Shown here piece after piece: positions 29,250-38,056 of a stretch of 64,000 nucleotides of DNA. A model generated the notes under the pieces. It was not told the DNA's origin and did not search any database. It worked only from the letters and a program-made list of their open reading frames with translations. Every line of letters begins with the position of its first letter. Positions within the stretch are counted from its first letter, which is position 1. The translations under genes and the position numbers were made by a program. Source of the DNA: Armatimonadota bacterium (GTDB taxonomy: Bacteria > Armatimonadota > HRBIN16); contig OY781964.1 in the NCBI GenBank assembly GCA_963677485.1, forward strand, positions 5,056,001-5,120,000, written 5' to 3'.

Positions 29250-29359
29250 ACCTGTCTCACCAACCTCACAGTAACGAACCAAGTATTCTTAGCATATCAA
29301 ACACATTGTGCCGTGAGACGGGTCTATTTTCAAGCTATTTATGGTAATATCGTATCGCT

Positions 29360-30616
29360 CTAGAGTAGGCCCAGGCTCTTTAGTCCACTGTAGGCTTCAT
29401 CCACTGACTCATCGAAACTCTTCAGCAAGGTATTCACCTGGTCTGATGTAATGATGAGTGCCGGTTCCATGCGAACCACGCTGGGATTGTTAAGCGTATA
29501 GGCCGCGATGATCCCGCGGTGGTTCAGGCCTGACATCACTAACTTCGCGACATCCTCCATCTCAAACTGAATACCGATCATAAGTCCAATCCCACGGATT
29601 TCGGTGAGAACCTCCGGGTATTTCGCCTGGATCTTTTTCAGCCCGGTGAGCAGTTGGAGGCCGCGCTCTTCCGAATTCTGGCAGAGGTTTTCATCATGGA
29701 TCGCCTTGATGGTAGCCATACCCGCTACACAGGCCAATGGATTCCCGCCGAATGTACTCGTGTGTATCAGCGGGTTATCACCAAAGACACGCTTCCAGAC
29801 ACGCTCGGAGCTGACCATGGCACCTGAGGGCACAACCCCGCCACCGAGTGCTTTAGCGATGGTCATGATGTCCGGCACAACTCCAGTGTGATTGACGGCG
29901 AACATTTTGCCGGTGCGCCCAAAACCGGTCTGAACCTCATCTACAATTAAAAGGGCTCCGGCCTTTTGGCATATCTCCTTGAGTGCCGGAAGGTAATCCG
30001 GGGAGGCCACGTTAATCCCACCTTCGCCCTGCACAACCTCCACAATCACACCGGCGGTGTCGTCACCAATGATCCCGCTTACCGCGTCGATGTCATTGAA
30101 TGGCACATGCTCGAAACCGGGCACCATCGGCAGAAAGTCAGCTTTATACTGCTCACGGCCGGTGGCACTCAAGGCTCCCATGCTTTTACCATGAAACCCA
30201 CCCACAGTGGCGATGAACTTATGCCGGCCGGTGTATTTCCGTGCGATCTTGATCGCAGCTTCCACGGCCTCAGTGCCGCTGTTGCACAGGAAGCTGTATT
30301 GCAGGTCACCTGGCATGACACTGGCGATCATCGCGCAGAACTCCCCTACCAACGCGTTAAAGAAGACCTTGCTTGACAGCGGCATCAGATCAAGTTGCGC
30401 TTTGACTGCCTGAATGACCTTGGGATGGCAGTGTCCCAAAGCAAACACGCCATATCCTCCAAGGAAGTCCATGAAGGCATTGCCCTTGTCGTCATATACA
30501 TACATGCCCTCAGCGCGGACCTCTACTCCGAATCCGGCAAACTTCATGAGTTGAGCTAAGCCCGGATTGACAAACTGTGTATAGTTATCAAAGGTATTCT
30601 GTAAGATATCATCCAT
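29360..30616 (-). CDS. Class III PLP aminotransferase (putrescine/acetylornithine aminotransferase-like)
   Basis: DFLGGYG, NSGTEAVE, FHGKS, QGEGG, DEVQTG, AKALGGG and STFGGNP motifs. Confidence 0.9.
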   Translation of the reverse strand: MDDILQNTFDNYTQFVNPGLAQLMKFAGFGVEVRAEGMYVYDDKGNAFMDFLGGYGVFALGHCHPKVIQAVKAQLDLMPLSSKVFFNALVGEFCAMIASVMPGDLQYSFLCNSGTEAVEAAIKIARKYTGRHKFIATVGGFHGKSMGALSATGREQYKADFLPMVPGFEHVPFNDIDAVSGIIGDDTAGVIVEVVQGEGGINVASPDYLPALKEICQKAGALLIVDEVQTGFGRTGKMFAVNHTGVVPDIMTIAKALGGGVVPSGAMVSSERVWKRVFGDNPLIHTSTFGGNPLACVAGMATIKAIHDENLCQNSEERGLQLLTGLKKIQAKYPEVLTEIRGIGLMIGIQFEMEDVAKLVMSGLNHRGIIAAYTLNNPSVVRMEPALIITSDQVNTLLKSFDESVDEAYSGLKSLGLL

Positions 30617-30627
30617 TTCGTTTATCT

Positions 30628-32136
30628 CTATTCTATGATTCGTCGACCATCGTACGATGGTGAGATACTCTTTTTATTCACTATCGCTTGAGCCAGACTG
30701 TCTCGGGCGTCTTTAGCGACAACCTTGCTTTGAAGCTTCAGTTGGTCGCAAATGATCCCTCCGAAATAGCTATTGGTGCTCACGTGGTATATCTTCTGGT
30801 CATCCACTGCTGTGCCATTCACGGTCAGCTCTTGCAGCACACCGGCTTTCATCCGGTAACGGGCTCCAGAAGCGGCAGGGGTGCCGGTAGCGATGACCTT
30901 GGCCAGTTGCAGGCCGGTCATATCGATGGTGACCAGTGAGTTCGTCCAAGGGATCAGACGCGCCAGGTCATAGCGTGACACCGCCCCTTTGCATAGATAC
31001 GCCCGTACGCCGCCCATGTTTTCCAGATGCACATCGGTTCCCAGCAACTCCCGTGTCAAGTCGGCCACCATATAGTATGGCTCCTCGTCATTGCCGCGGG
31101 GCACAAATGAATCGGTGGCAATGCCTATATTGTCCATATAGTAATTCCGTAGTTTACCCCATGCCTTATCCACCAGTTTGGCGATAGCCTTATCGGCGGG
31201 TACATCCTCAGTCACCGGGATGAGTTTTCCGGTCACTGCCATCAGACCCCAGCCATCATCATTTCGGCGCAGCTTCATCTCAACACAGCCCAGTTCCTGG
31301 CCCCACTGACCAGCTTGCACAATGTAGGTTCCGTTGGTCTTGCCGATAGATGTGATTTCGCCCTTACGCACTACTGTGGGTTGTGCTAAACGTGTGTGTG
31401 AGTGGCCGCCAACGATGACGTCAATACCGTCCACCTGGGCCGCTATCTGCTGATCAACATCATACCCACAGTGGCTCAGAAGTACCACCACATCGGCTTG
31501 CTTACGTAGCTCAGGCATCAACTTCTTGGCGGTTTCGATTGGGTCTAGAATGTCTACAGTGTCTTGTGCTAACTCGTAGGTTCTGGCGTCAGTCGTCAAT
31601 AACCCCAATATCGCGACCTTCACTTCACCGGCTTGTTTGATGATGTAGCTTTTCACTACCGGTTGTGTGGTGCCTTTGGCTACCACGTTGGCATCGACCA
31701 GTGGGTATTTCGTAGCCGCCACCAACTGGCTCCATATATCTTTGGGTTTCATCTCATGGTTGCCAAAGCATTCGGCGGTATAGCCAACAGCATTCATGGC
31801 AGCCACATCAACCAGGCCATTGAAGGCGATGCTGAACGCGGTACCATCGGTGTAGTCACCGGCATCCAGCAGCCATGTATCGCCGAACCGCTTTTTGACC
31901 TGCTGGAATACAGTGGAGCGTCGGGCGATGCCCCCCAAAGTGATCACACCATCTTTTACATATGATGATAGCTCAGGCATGGTTTCTGCGGGAGTGTTGA
32001 ACGGCAGTAGATTGCCATGAGTGTCATTGGAATGCAGGATTGTGAGCTGGTAATACCTGGGGGCATCTGCATGAGACATCCCCGCAAACATGAACAGTGC
32101 GACTGTGGCCACGACCAGCGATTTGATACGAACCAT
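30628..32136 (-). CDS. Secreted bifunctional metallophosphatase/5'-nucleotidase
   Basis: Signal peptide; HSNDTHG, DAGD, GNHE and GGHSH motifs; C-terminal 5'-NT domain (NMGGVR). Confidence 0.9.
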   Translation of the reverse strand: MVRIKSLVVATVALFMFAGMSHADAPRYYQLTILHSNDTHGNLLPFNTPAETMPELSSYVKDGVITLGGIARRSTVFQQVKKRFGDTWLLDAGDYTDGTAFSIAFNGLVDVAAMNAVGYTAECFGNHEMKPKDIWSQLVAATKYPLVDANVVAKGTTQPVVKSYIIKQAGEVKVAILGLLTTDARTYELAQDTVDILDPIETAKKLMPELRKQADVVVLLSHCGYDVDQQIAAQVDGIDVIVGGHSHTRLAQPTVVRKGEITSIGKTNGTYIVQAGQWGQELGCVEMKLRRNDDGWGLMAVTGKLIPVTEDVPADKAIAKLVDKAWGKLRNYYMDNIGIATDSFVPRGNDEEPYYMVADLTRELLGTDVHLENMGGVRAYLCKGAVSRYDLARLIPWTNSLVTIDMTGLQLAKVIATGTPAASGARYRMKAGVLQELTVNGTAVDDQKIYHVSTNSYFGGIICDQLKLQSKVVAKDARDSLAQAIVNKKSISPSYDGRRIIE

Positions 32137-32151
32137 GATCTACCTCCAAAG

Positions 32152-33231
32152 CTATACAGAAAGTTGCATGAACTCCTTGGGTGAGTATGTGAGGCACTCA
32201 CATCCGCTTTCGGTGATCACCACATCATCTTCTATGCGGACGCCACCGATACCATCGATATAAATCCCGGGTTCTACGGTCATCACCATACCTGGACGCA
32301 GCACAAGCTCACTCAGCGTAGATAACCCCTTGCCATCATGAACCTCTAGACCAAGACTATGTCCCAGTCCATGCTTGAACTTATCGCCATAGCCGGCTTC
32401 GGTGATCACCTGCCGTGCGACGGCATCTACTTCTTTACCAGTCATCCCAGGCTTAATCACATCAAGAGCCGCCATTTGCGCCTTCAAGACCACATCGTAT
32501 ATATGGCGTAATTCATCAGAAACCGGCCCCAACGCGACGGTGCGAGTGATATCGCTGCAATAGCCTCTGCACTCGGCACCAAAGTCCATCGTGATCATAT
32601 CGCCAGATTGCAGCAGCCTGCCAGAGGGTTCTGCATGGGGCATCGCGCTGCGTTCACCTGAGGCGATAATGGTGTCAAAACTGGGGCGACTGGCACCCAT
32701 CTGCCTCATCATGAACTCAATCTGTATACACAGCTCGATTTCGGATAAACCCGCATGGATTTTTGGTAGTATGGCTTGAAAGGTGTCATCTGCGATCTGA
32801 CAGGCGTGGGCTATGGTCTGTAGTTCGCCCTCATCCTTCACAAGCCGCATTGGTTCGATGATTTCCTCGCAAGGAACCAACTGCAGTGAGGGGTTAAATC
32901 TCTTCTTCCATCGGTCATATGTAAGAACAGTGACACACGCACCCTCAAACCCTAGTTTATGAACATGTCCATTGATCTGAGCTGCCAAAGGATCATCAGA
33001 GAACTGCTGAGGTACCAAAACTTGGTAATCAACCGCTTCCTGTGTGGCTTGGAGCGTGTAGCGGCCATCTGTGAACAACTGAGCCTTATCTTGCGTTATC
33101 AGCAATGTGGCAGCACTACCGGTAAAGCCGCTAAGGAAGCGCACGTTACGCAGATTGGTGATGAGTACCCCATCTAGCGATAGCTGGCTGATCATCGACC
33201 GTAATAGTCCGATTCTGAAGGCGTAATTCAT
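32152..33231 (-). CDS. Xaa-Pro aminopeptidase/dipeptidase (M24B)
   Basis: GFTGS, TDGRY, MPH, DFG...SDITRT, HGLGH..GLEVHD, TVEPG and GVRIED motifs. Confidence 0.93.
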   Translation of the reverse strand: MNYAFRIGLLRSMISQLSLDGVLITNLRNVRFLSGFTGSAATLLITQDKAQLFTDGRYTLQATQEAVDYQVLVPQQFSDDPLAAQINGHVHKLGFEGACVTVLTYDRWKKRFNPSLQLVPCEEIIEPMRLVKDEGELQTIAHACQIADDTFQAILPKIHAGLSEIELCIQIEFMMRQMGASRPSFDTIIASGERSAMPHAEPSGRLLQSGDMITMDFGAECRGYCSDITRTVALGPVSDELRHIYDVVLKAQMAALDVIKPGMTGKEVDAVARQVITEAGYGDKFKHGLGHSLGLEVHDGKGLSTLSELVLRPGMVMTVEPGIYIDGIGGVRIEDDVVITESGCECLTYSPKEFMQLSV

Positions 33232-33689
33232 TGTAGGCGGCTATCCTCTACCACATACTTAATGGCTTCTAGAGCCAGCAAATAACTCATCGCACCAAAA
33301 CCGCTGATCACTCCCTGACTCACGGCACCAGTGACAGATTCGTGACGGAAGGATTCCCGGCCAAATATATTACTGAGGTGTACTTCAATCACCGGCAGCC
33401 TGATGGCTGTGATGGCATCACGGATGGCCACGCTGTAGTGGGTATATGCAGCAGGATTGATGACGACGCCTCGGGCAGTTAGCCGGGCCTGATGCAAGGC
33501 CTCGACAATATCACCTTCGTGATTGCTCTGAACGATTTGAAGTTCTAATCCGAGAGCTTCCGCTCTGGCGCGCATTTTATTGTTGATATCCTCTAGCCCT
33601 AAGTGTCCGTAAACCTCAGTTTCACGAATCCCCAGTAAATTGAGGTTAGGACCATGGATGACTGCAATTTTAATCAGTGGTTTCTTCAT
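33228..33689 (-). CDS. aroQ: Type II 3-dehydroquinate dehydratase
   Basis: HGPNLNLLG.RE..VYG, QSNHEG, NPAAYTHYS and EVHLSN motifs. Confidence 0.96.
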   Translation of the reverse strand: MKKPLIKIAVIHGPNLNLLGIRETEVYGHLGLEDINNKMRARAEALGLELQIVQSNHEGDIVEALHQARLTARGVVINPAAYTHYSVAIRDAITAIRLPVIEVHLSNIFGRESFRHESVTGAVSQGVISGFGAMSYLLALEAIKYVVEDSRLQ

Positions 33690-33861
33690 CTAGTACTGAT
33701 GCCTCCTCAGGAAGTAAGTTGACGATACCGTCTTCAATTTCGTATACACGATGACACAATGGGCATAGCAGAGCATCATCATCTAGAATCTCAAGACCTG
33801 GATGATTGGCGCACGCGGGGCAGGCCAGAAGAGCAAGGACCTCAGGATCTAGCACTGACAT
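33670..33861 (-). CDS. Trm112/YcaR-like small Zn-binding protein
   Basis: LLACPAC...LLCPLCHRVYEIEDGIVNLL. Confidence 0.85.
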   Translation of the reverse strand: MSVLDPEVLALLACPACANHPGLEILDDDALLCPLCHRVYEIEDGIVNLLPEEASVLDEETTD

Positions 33862-33865
33862 GTTT

Positions 33866-34972
33866 TTACCCAACACCCGGTTCAGACAACACTGCCTTCA
33901 ATGCTGATACAAAGCCTTCGCATTGAGCCGCTGTGCCTGTAGTAATGCGAAGATATTCCGGCATTCCGAATACATCACCTGTACGCACAATGTATCCCTT
34001 CCTCATCAAAGCGTGGAAGACATCATTGGCTCTCGGACCTACACGCACCATGATACTGTTGCTGACACTCGGTATGGTTTCTAAGCCCATCATCGTGAAT
34101 TGCAGGTCCATATACTGAATCATCTTTTTGTTTTGTGCGAGCACCATTTCAATAAACTTCACATCATCAAGTGCCGCTAATGCCGCGGCCTGCGCTACAG
34201 AATTGACATTGAATGGTTCGCGGATTCTATCCAAAGCATTGATGATGGAGGCGTCGGCGATACCATACCCCACGCGTAGACCTGCCAGTCCATACGCCTT
34301 ACTGAATGTCCGAAGTACCATGACAGGCGCTCCAGCCTTCACAAGCGCGATGGAATCGGGATAGTCAGGGGCATCCTGGGCGTATTCCCAGTAGGCTTCA
34401 TCCATGACTAAAATGGCACCCTCTGGGAGTTTTCCTATGAGGTATTCTACATCACTCTGGGTAATGTAGGTTCCAGTGGGATTGTTAGGATTGGGGATGA
34501 TGACAAGGCGTGTCTTTTCTGTCAGCATCTCCGCCATCGCTTTCACATCGAATGTCCAGTTACGGGTAGGTACGCTCACGGTGGTGACATTAGCCAACCT
34601 TGCGGCTGTAGCATACTGCATAAAGGTAGGATGACCTGTCATCAATTCAGTGCCATCATGTAAGCATCCGACACCAAGATAGTAGATAATTTCATCCGAG
34701 CCGTTACCGAACATCAGCATATCGGCATCTATGTCGTGCTTATCTTTAAGTGCCTGCCGCAGCTTATAACAGTATCCGTCCGGGTATAAATTGAGGCTAT
34801 CCAATGACGCCTTAGCCGCCGATACACCTTTAGGTGATGGTCCAAATGGGTTTTCATTACTTGCCAGTTTCACAACTTCGGAAATGCCCAGTTCGCGTTT
34901 GACATCTTCAATTGGCTTGCCTGGGCTATACGGCTTCATGCCTAGTATATGCGGCTTCACAAAACGGCTCAT
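33866..34972 (-). CDS. hisC: Histidinol-phosphate aminotransferase
   Basis: KLASNENP, GNGSDE, NPNNPTG, DEAY and RTFSKAYGLAGLRVGY motifs. Confidence 0.93.
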   Translation of the reverse strand: MSRFVKPHILGMKPYSPGKPIEDVKRELGISEVVKLASNENPFGPSPKGVSAAKASLDSLNLYPDGYCYKLRQALKDKHDIDADMLMFGNGSDEIIYYLGVGCLHDGTELMTGHPTFMQYATAARLANVTTVSVPTRNWTFDVKAMAEMLTEKTRLVIIPNPNNPTGTYITQSDVEYLIGKLPEGAILVMDEAYWEYAQDAPDYPDSIALVKAGAPVMVLRTFSKAYGLAGLRVGYGIADASIINALDRIREPFNVNSVAQAAALAALDDVKFIEMVLAQNKKMIQYMDLQFTMMGLETIPSVSNSIMVRVGPRANDVFHALMRKGYIVRTGDVFGMPEYLRITTGTAAQCEGFVSALKAVLSEPGVG

Positions 34973-34997
34973 TATATTCCTCCGATTTCACTACCTG

Positions 34998-35041
34998 TAA
35001 AAAAGTACACGGGGGGCATACTCTACCCCCCGTGCCTTTTT
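34998..35041. terminator. Bidirectional Rho-independent terminator ending the transporter operon
   Basis: A-run, CACGGGGGG-CATACTCTA-CCCCCCGTG, T-run; ~40 nt after the ATPase stop. Confidence 0.85.
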
Positions 35042-35073
35042 ACACTCAGATATTCCTAAGATAGCGAGTAGAA

Positions 35074-35826
35074 TTACTCGCCCTCCATCGAACCTACGTT
35101 CAATTCGAGGTTAGCACGGTCCTCGACACGGTCGATGACACCGTCTCTAATCCACACGATACGGTCAGATACGTCCAGCATCTTCAAGTCGTGCGTTGCA
35201 GAGATAATGGTGACATTATTATCTTCGTTAAGCTCACGAAGAAGTTCGATAATCTCTTTACCTGTTTTACTGTCCAGGTTACCAGTTGGCTCGTCGGCCA
35301 GAATGATGGAAGGACTGTTAGCCAGTGCGCGAGCGCAAGCGACACGCTGCTGTTGTCCACCCGACATCTCATTGGGTTTATGATGTAATCTTTCGCCCAG
35401 ACCGACCTTCTTGAGCAGCTCAATGCCCTTGTCAATGGCATCGTCAGTGCTTAAACCGGCGAAGATCATTGGCAGGGTTACATTTTCAAGAGCAGTCATG
35501 TTTTTCAGAAGGTTGAATGTCTGGAAGATGTATCCAATAGTGCGGCAACGGAGGAACGCAAGCTCTTTAGCATCAAGCTGAGCCATGTCTACATCATTAA
35601 TAAACACACTACCGCTTGATGGTCGGTCAAGACCGCCAATCGCGTTAAAGAGTGTGGACTTACCAGAGCCAGAAGGACCCATGATGGACACATATTCGCC
35701 ACGCTTAACGTCGAGGTTCACTCCGTTCAGAGCGCGGAACGTCACCGTACCCATCGTGTATTCCTTGATGATATCTTTACAGCGAACTACATTTTCTACG
35801 CTGTCTATCTTATTATTAGACGCCAT
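35074..35826 (-). CDS. ABC transporter ATP-binding protein (LolD/MacB type)
   Basis: GPSGSGKST, IFQTFNL, MSGGQQQR, ILADEPTGNLD and ATHD motifs. Confidence 0.95.
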   Translation of the reverse strand: MASNNKIDSVENVVRCKDIIKEYTMGTVTFRALNGVNLDVKRGEYVSIMGPSGSGKSTLFNAIGGLDRPSSGSVFINDVDMAQLDAKELAFLRCRTIGYIFQTFNLLKNMTALENVTLPMIFAGLSTDDAIDKGIELLKKVGLGERLHHKPNEMSGGQQQRVACARALANSPSIILADEPTGNLDSKTGKEIIELLRELNEDNNVTIISATHDLKMLDVSDRIVWIRDGVIDRVEDRANLELNVGSMEGE

Positions 35827-35853
35827 ATTACAGAAGACCCCCGAATGATTCTG

Positions 35854-36483
35854 TTAGATTTCAACCCGAAGCGCGGCAGCGGCTGGCATTTTTGAAGCGA
35901 CATACGCCGGAGCGATCGTCGCTAATACCGAAAGAATAGTGCCTATTGCCAAAGCTAGTCCAAGCAATAATAACGATGATGTCATATCCATGTAGTGAAA
36001 GACCTTCATGCCCGTTGAGAACATGCGGATGACCACTACAGATCCGAAGCCAAGTATCCAGCCTAAGACTGACGACAGCAAACCTGTCATCATCGATTCG
36101 ATAAAGAAAAGTTGAACGATGAAACCATCATAAGCACCCAAACACTTCATGGTACCTATTTCTTGATATCGCTCAGTAACTGACATCAACATGGCATTAA
36201 TAATGCCAACGAGGCACACGATCAGGCTCATGGCGGTTAACCATGTCATCCTTACCTTTTCCGAAGCGTCTATAGCTCCGCCCGAATTGGCTTGGATCAT
36301 ACCTGCGGTCTTAACAGACACAAAGAAGGCGATACCAAGTACGGTACCTGCAGCAGTGATCACTGTTCGTCCAAACCTTTGACGGACACTTTGCAGTGCG
36401 ATATGCACAGCGGTCTTCAAAGGAAGCGAAAGAGATTCACTTTTTTTCGTATTAGTATTTCTACTTGTCATGCGTTGTTGCAT
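35854..36483 (-). CDS. Minimal FtsX/MacB-type ABC permease (4 TM, almost no extracytoplasmic domain)
   Basis: GIINAMLMSVTERYQEIGTMKCLGA and PAYVASKMPAAAALR motifs; true start may be ATG 36471. Confidence 0.88.
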   Translation of the reverse strand: MQQRMTSRNTNTKKSESLSLPLKTAVHIALQSVRQRFGRTVITAAGTVLGIAFFVSVKTAGMIQANSGGAIDASEKVRMTWLTAMSLIVCLVGIINAMLMSVTERYQEIGTMKCLGAYDGFIVQLFFIESMMTGLLSSVLGWILGFGSVVVIRMFSTGMKVFHYMDMTSSLLLLGLALAIGTILSVLATIAPAYVASKMPAAAALRVEI

Positions 36484-36883
36484 CCTCCAGCCGAAAACCG
36501 ATCAGTTTCCTCTCGGTCAGCATCTTCAGAAACATGCCCACAGACTTTTCCACTTCGATACGGCTCATTTTTGTGCGCACCATCATCCGTCGGATGATCG
36601 TATCCATTGTGGTTTCATCGTCAATGAAATTCCACACGCATGAGCCGATTTCATCTAATTGGATCTGCCTGAAAGGCGGTAACTTAAACATGCGCACAGC
36701 CCAGCCAAATGCTGTACCCTTCATGTTCACGGGTGCTTTAAGCAAAACATCGCCATCGACCTCAGTGATTTCCACCAAGGGATTGCGAACCGGTACCATT
36801 TTCAGAATATCACTACGATCATACTGCTGTTTATCTCGAAGCAGTGGTATTCTCTGCGTAAAGAACTGCTTTATAGAAGTCAA
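36461..36883 (-). CDS. Stand-alone PqqD-family / RiPP recognition element (RRE)-like protein
   Basis: LDEIGSCVWNFIDDETT...II...FLKMLTERKLI winged-helix pattern typical of PqqD/RRE; TTG start. Confidence 0.75.
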   Translation of the reverse strand: MTSIKQFFTQRIPLLRDKQQYDRSDILKMVPVRNPLVEITEVDGDVLLKAPVNMKGTAFGWAVRMFKLPPFRQIQLDEIGSCVWNFIDDETTMDTIIRRMMVRTKMSRIEVEKSVGMFLKMLTERKLIGFRLEDATTHDK

Positions 36884-36884
36884 T

Positions 36885-37784
36885 TTAGTGGCACTCCACT
36901 CTGCTCAGCAGAGCTTCGAATTGTTCTGGCTGCGATCGAAAGCATCTTACCGAAATAATCGCATTTGATTCGGGACAGTGCCAAGCCGCAAACCGATGAA
37001 CCATTGGATACCTTAGCAAGGCAAAAAGAACATCCCTCGCTAACGTTGAGCCAGGTTTGCTGCGAAACTGTCCAATATACGCCTGGTGGCCGTTGATCAG
37101 CCGATCCTCGGTGGTCACCTGGTTGTATACCTTCCAGTCAGCAAACTGATTGACCCATTCCCGCACGCTCCAGCGTTTCAGACTGACGTCAGCCAATCCC
37201 CATTTTTCGACAATCACTTCTTCGGCGAATTTCTTGAATGGCATCTTGAGATACCCGGACATCATCTTAGGCTTGTCAAGAAGTAACTTCTTAGGCACTG
37301 CAAACTGAACGCCCATTAGTCCCCATACGTCCCAGCCATCGTCTGAGTGATCCGTGATCCTGTTGACCAAATCTTTATATACTGACTGAACAGGGTCTTG
37401 ATGCCGCCCCACTACTTGCCCGATGATGACCCGTCCACAGCCAGGACAGATTTTGCCGAATCCATAGACAGTTCTGTCCGCGATATAACGGTAAGCCAGG
37501 ATTCCATTACCGTCAATTGGTTCGATACGGGCTGTGAACTTTTCCTTCTTTTTCTTGGCTAGTTTTTCAACATCCGTTAAATACGCATCGACACGCCTGG
37601 CCAGATTGTCTTTTTTTCGTGAAGGCATCCATCGAAGCTCTGCGATAATACTACCAGCAGAATCAACTCTCAGAAGCCCCTCTTTACGATTACCTTGAAA
37701 ACCAGCAAAACTCCAGTCTTCAGGTAAGGTAATTCCCACGCCTTGCCAGCCAATACGCTGGTTGCGATTCGACTTCGTATTCAA
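36885..37784 (-). CDS. Hypothetical protein with two similar halves
   Basis: 299 aa, soluble; IGWQGVGITLPEDW resembles VWGLMGVQFAVPKK; CPGC and HCPES at equivalent positions; ends in CH. Confidence 0.7.
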   Translation of the reverse strand: MNTKSNRNQRIGWQGVGITLPEDWSFAGFQGNRKEGLLRVDSAGSIIAELRWMPSRKKDNLARRVDAYLTDVEKLAKKKKEKFTARIEPIDGNGILAYRYIADRTVYGFGKICPGCGRVIIGQVVGRHQDPVQSVYKDLVNRITDHSDDGWDVWGLMGVQFAVPKKLLLDKPKMMSGYLKMPFKKFAEEVIVEKWGLADVSLKRWSVREWVNQFADWKVYNQVTTEDRLINGHQAYIGQFRSKPGSTLARDVLFALLRYPMVHRFAAWHCPESNAIISVRCFRSQPEQFEALLSRVECH

Positions 37785-37792
37785 ATGTTAAG

Positions 37793-38002
37793 TCAGGCCT
37801 TCTTGTCATCGGAGTGATCCGAGATAGCCGGCTTTTCATCGCCGTTAACCAGGTCGTTTGTCGCCTTCTTGAATTCCTTCAAACTCTCCCCAACAGCGTG
37901 AGCTAATTCTGGAAGCTTTTTTGCTCCAAACAGCACAAAGATGATGAGGATGATAGGCCACATCTCTGACCATGCAGGCATGTACATAAGAACCATTTCC
38001 AT
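37793..38002 (-). CDS. tatA: Twin-arginine translocase subunit TatA/TatE
   Basis: TM helix followed by LFGAKKLPELAHAVGESLKEFKKA; likely start 38002 behind GAGAGG. Confidence 0.9.
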   Translation of the reverse strand: MEMVLMYMPAWSEMWPIILIIFVLFGAKKLPELAHAVGESLKEFKKATNDLVNGDEKPAISDHSDDKKA

Positions 38003-38056
38003 CGGTGTGTTTCCTCTCGGGGGCGCAGATTGCAATGCACCCCCAATTTCATTATA

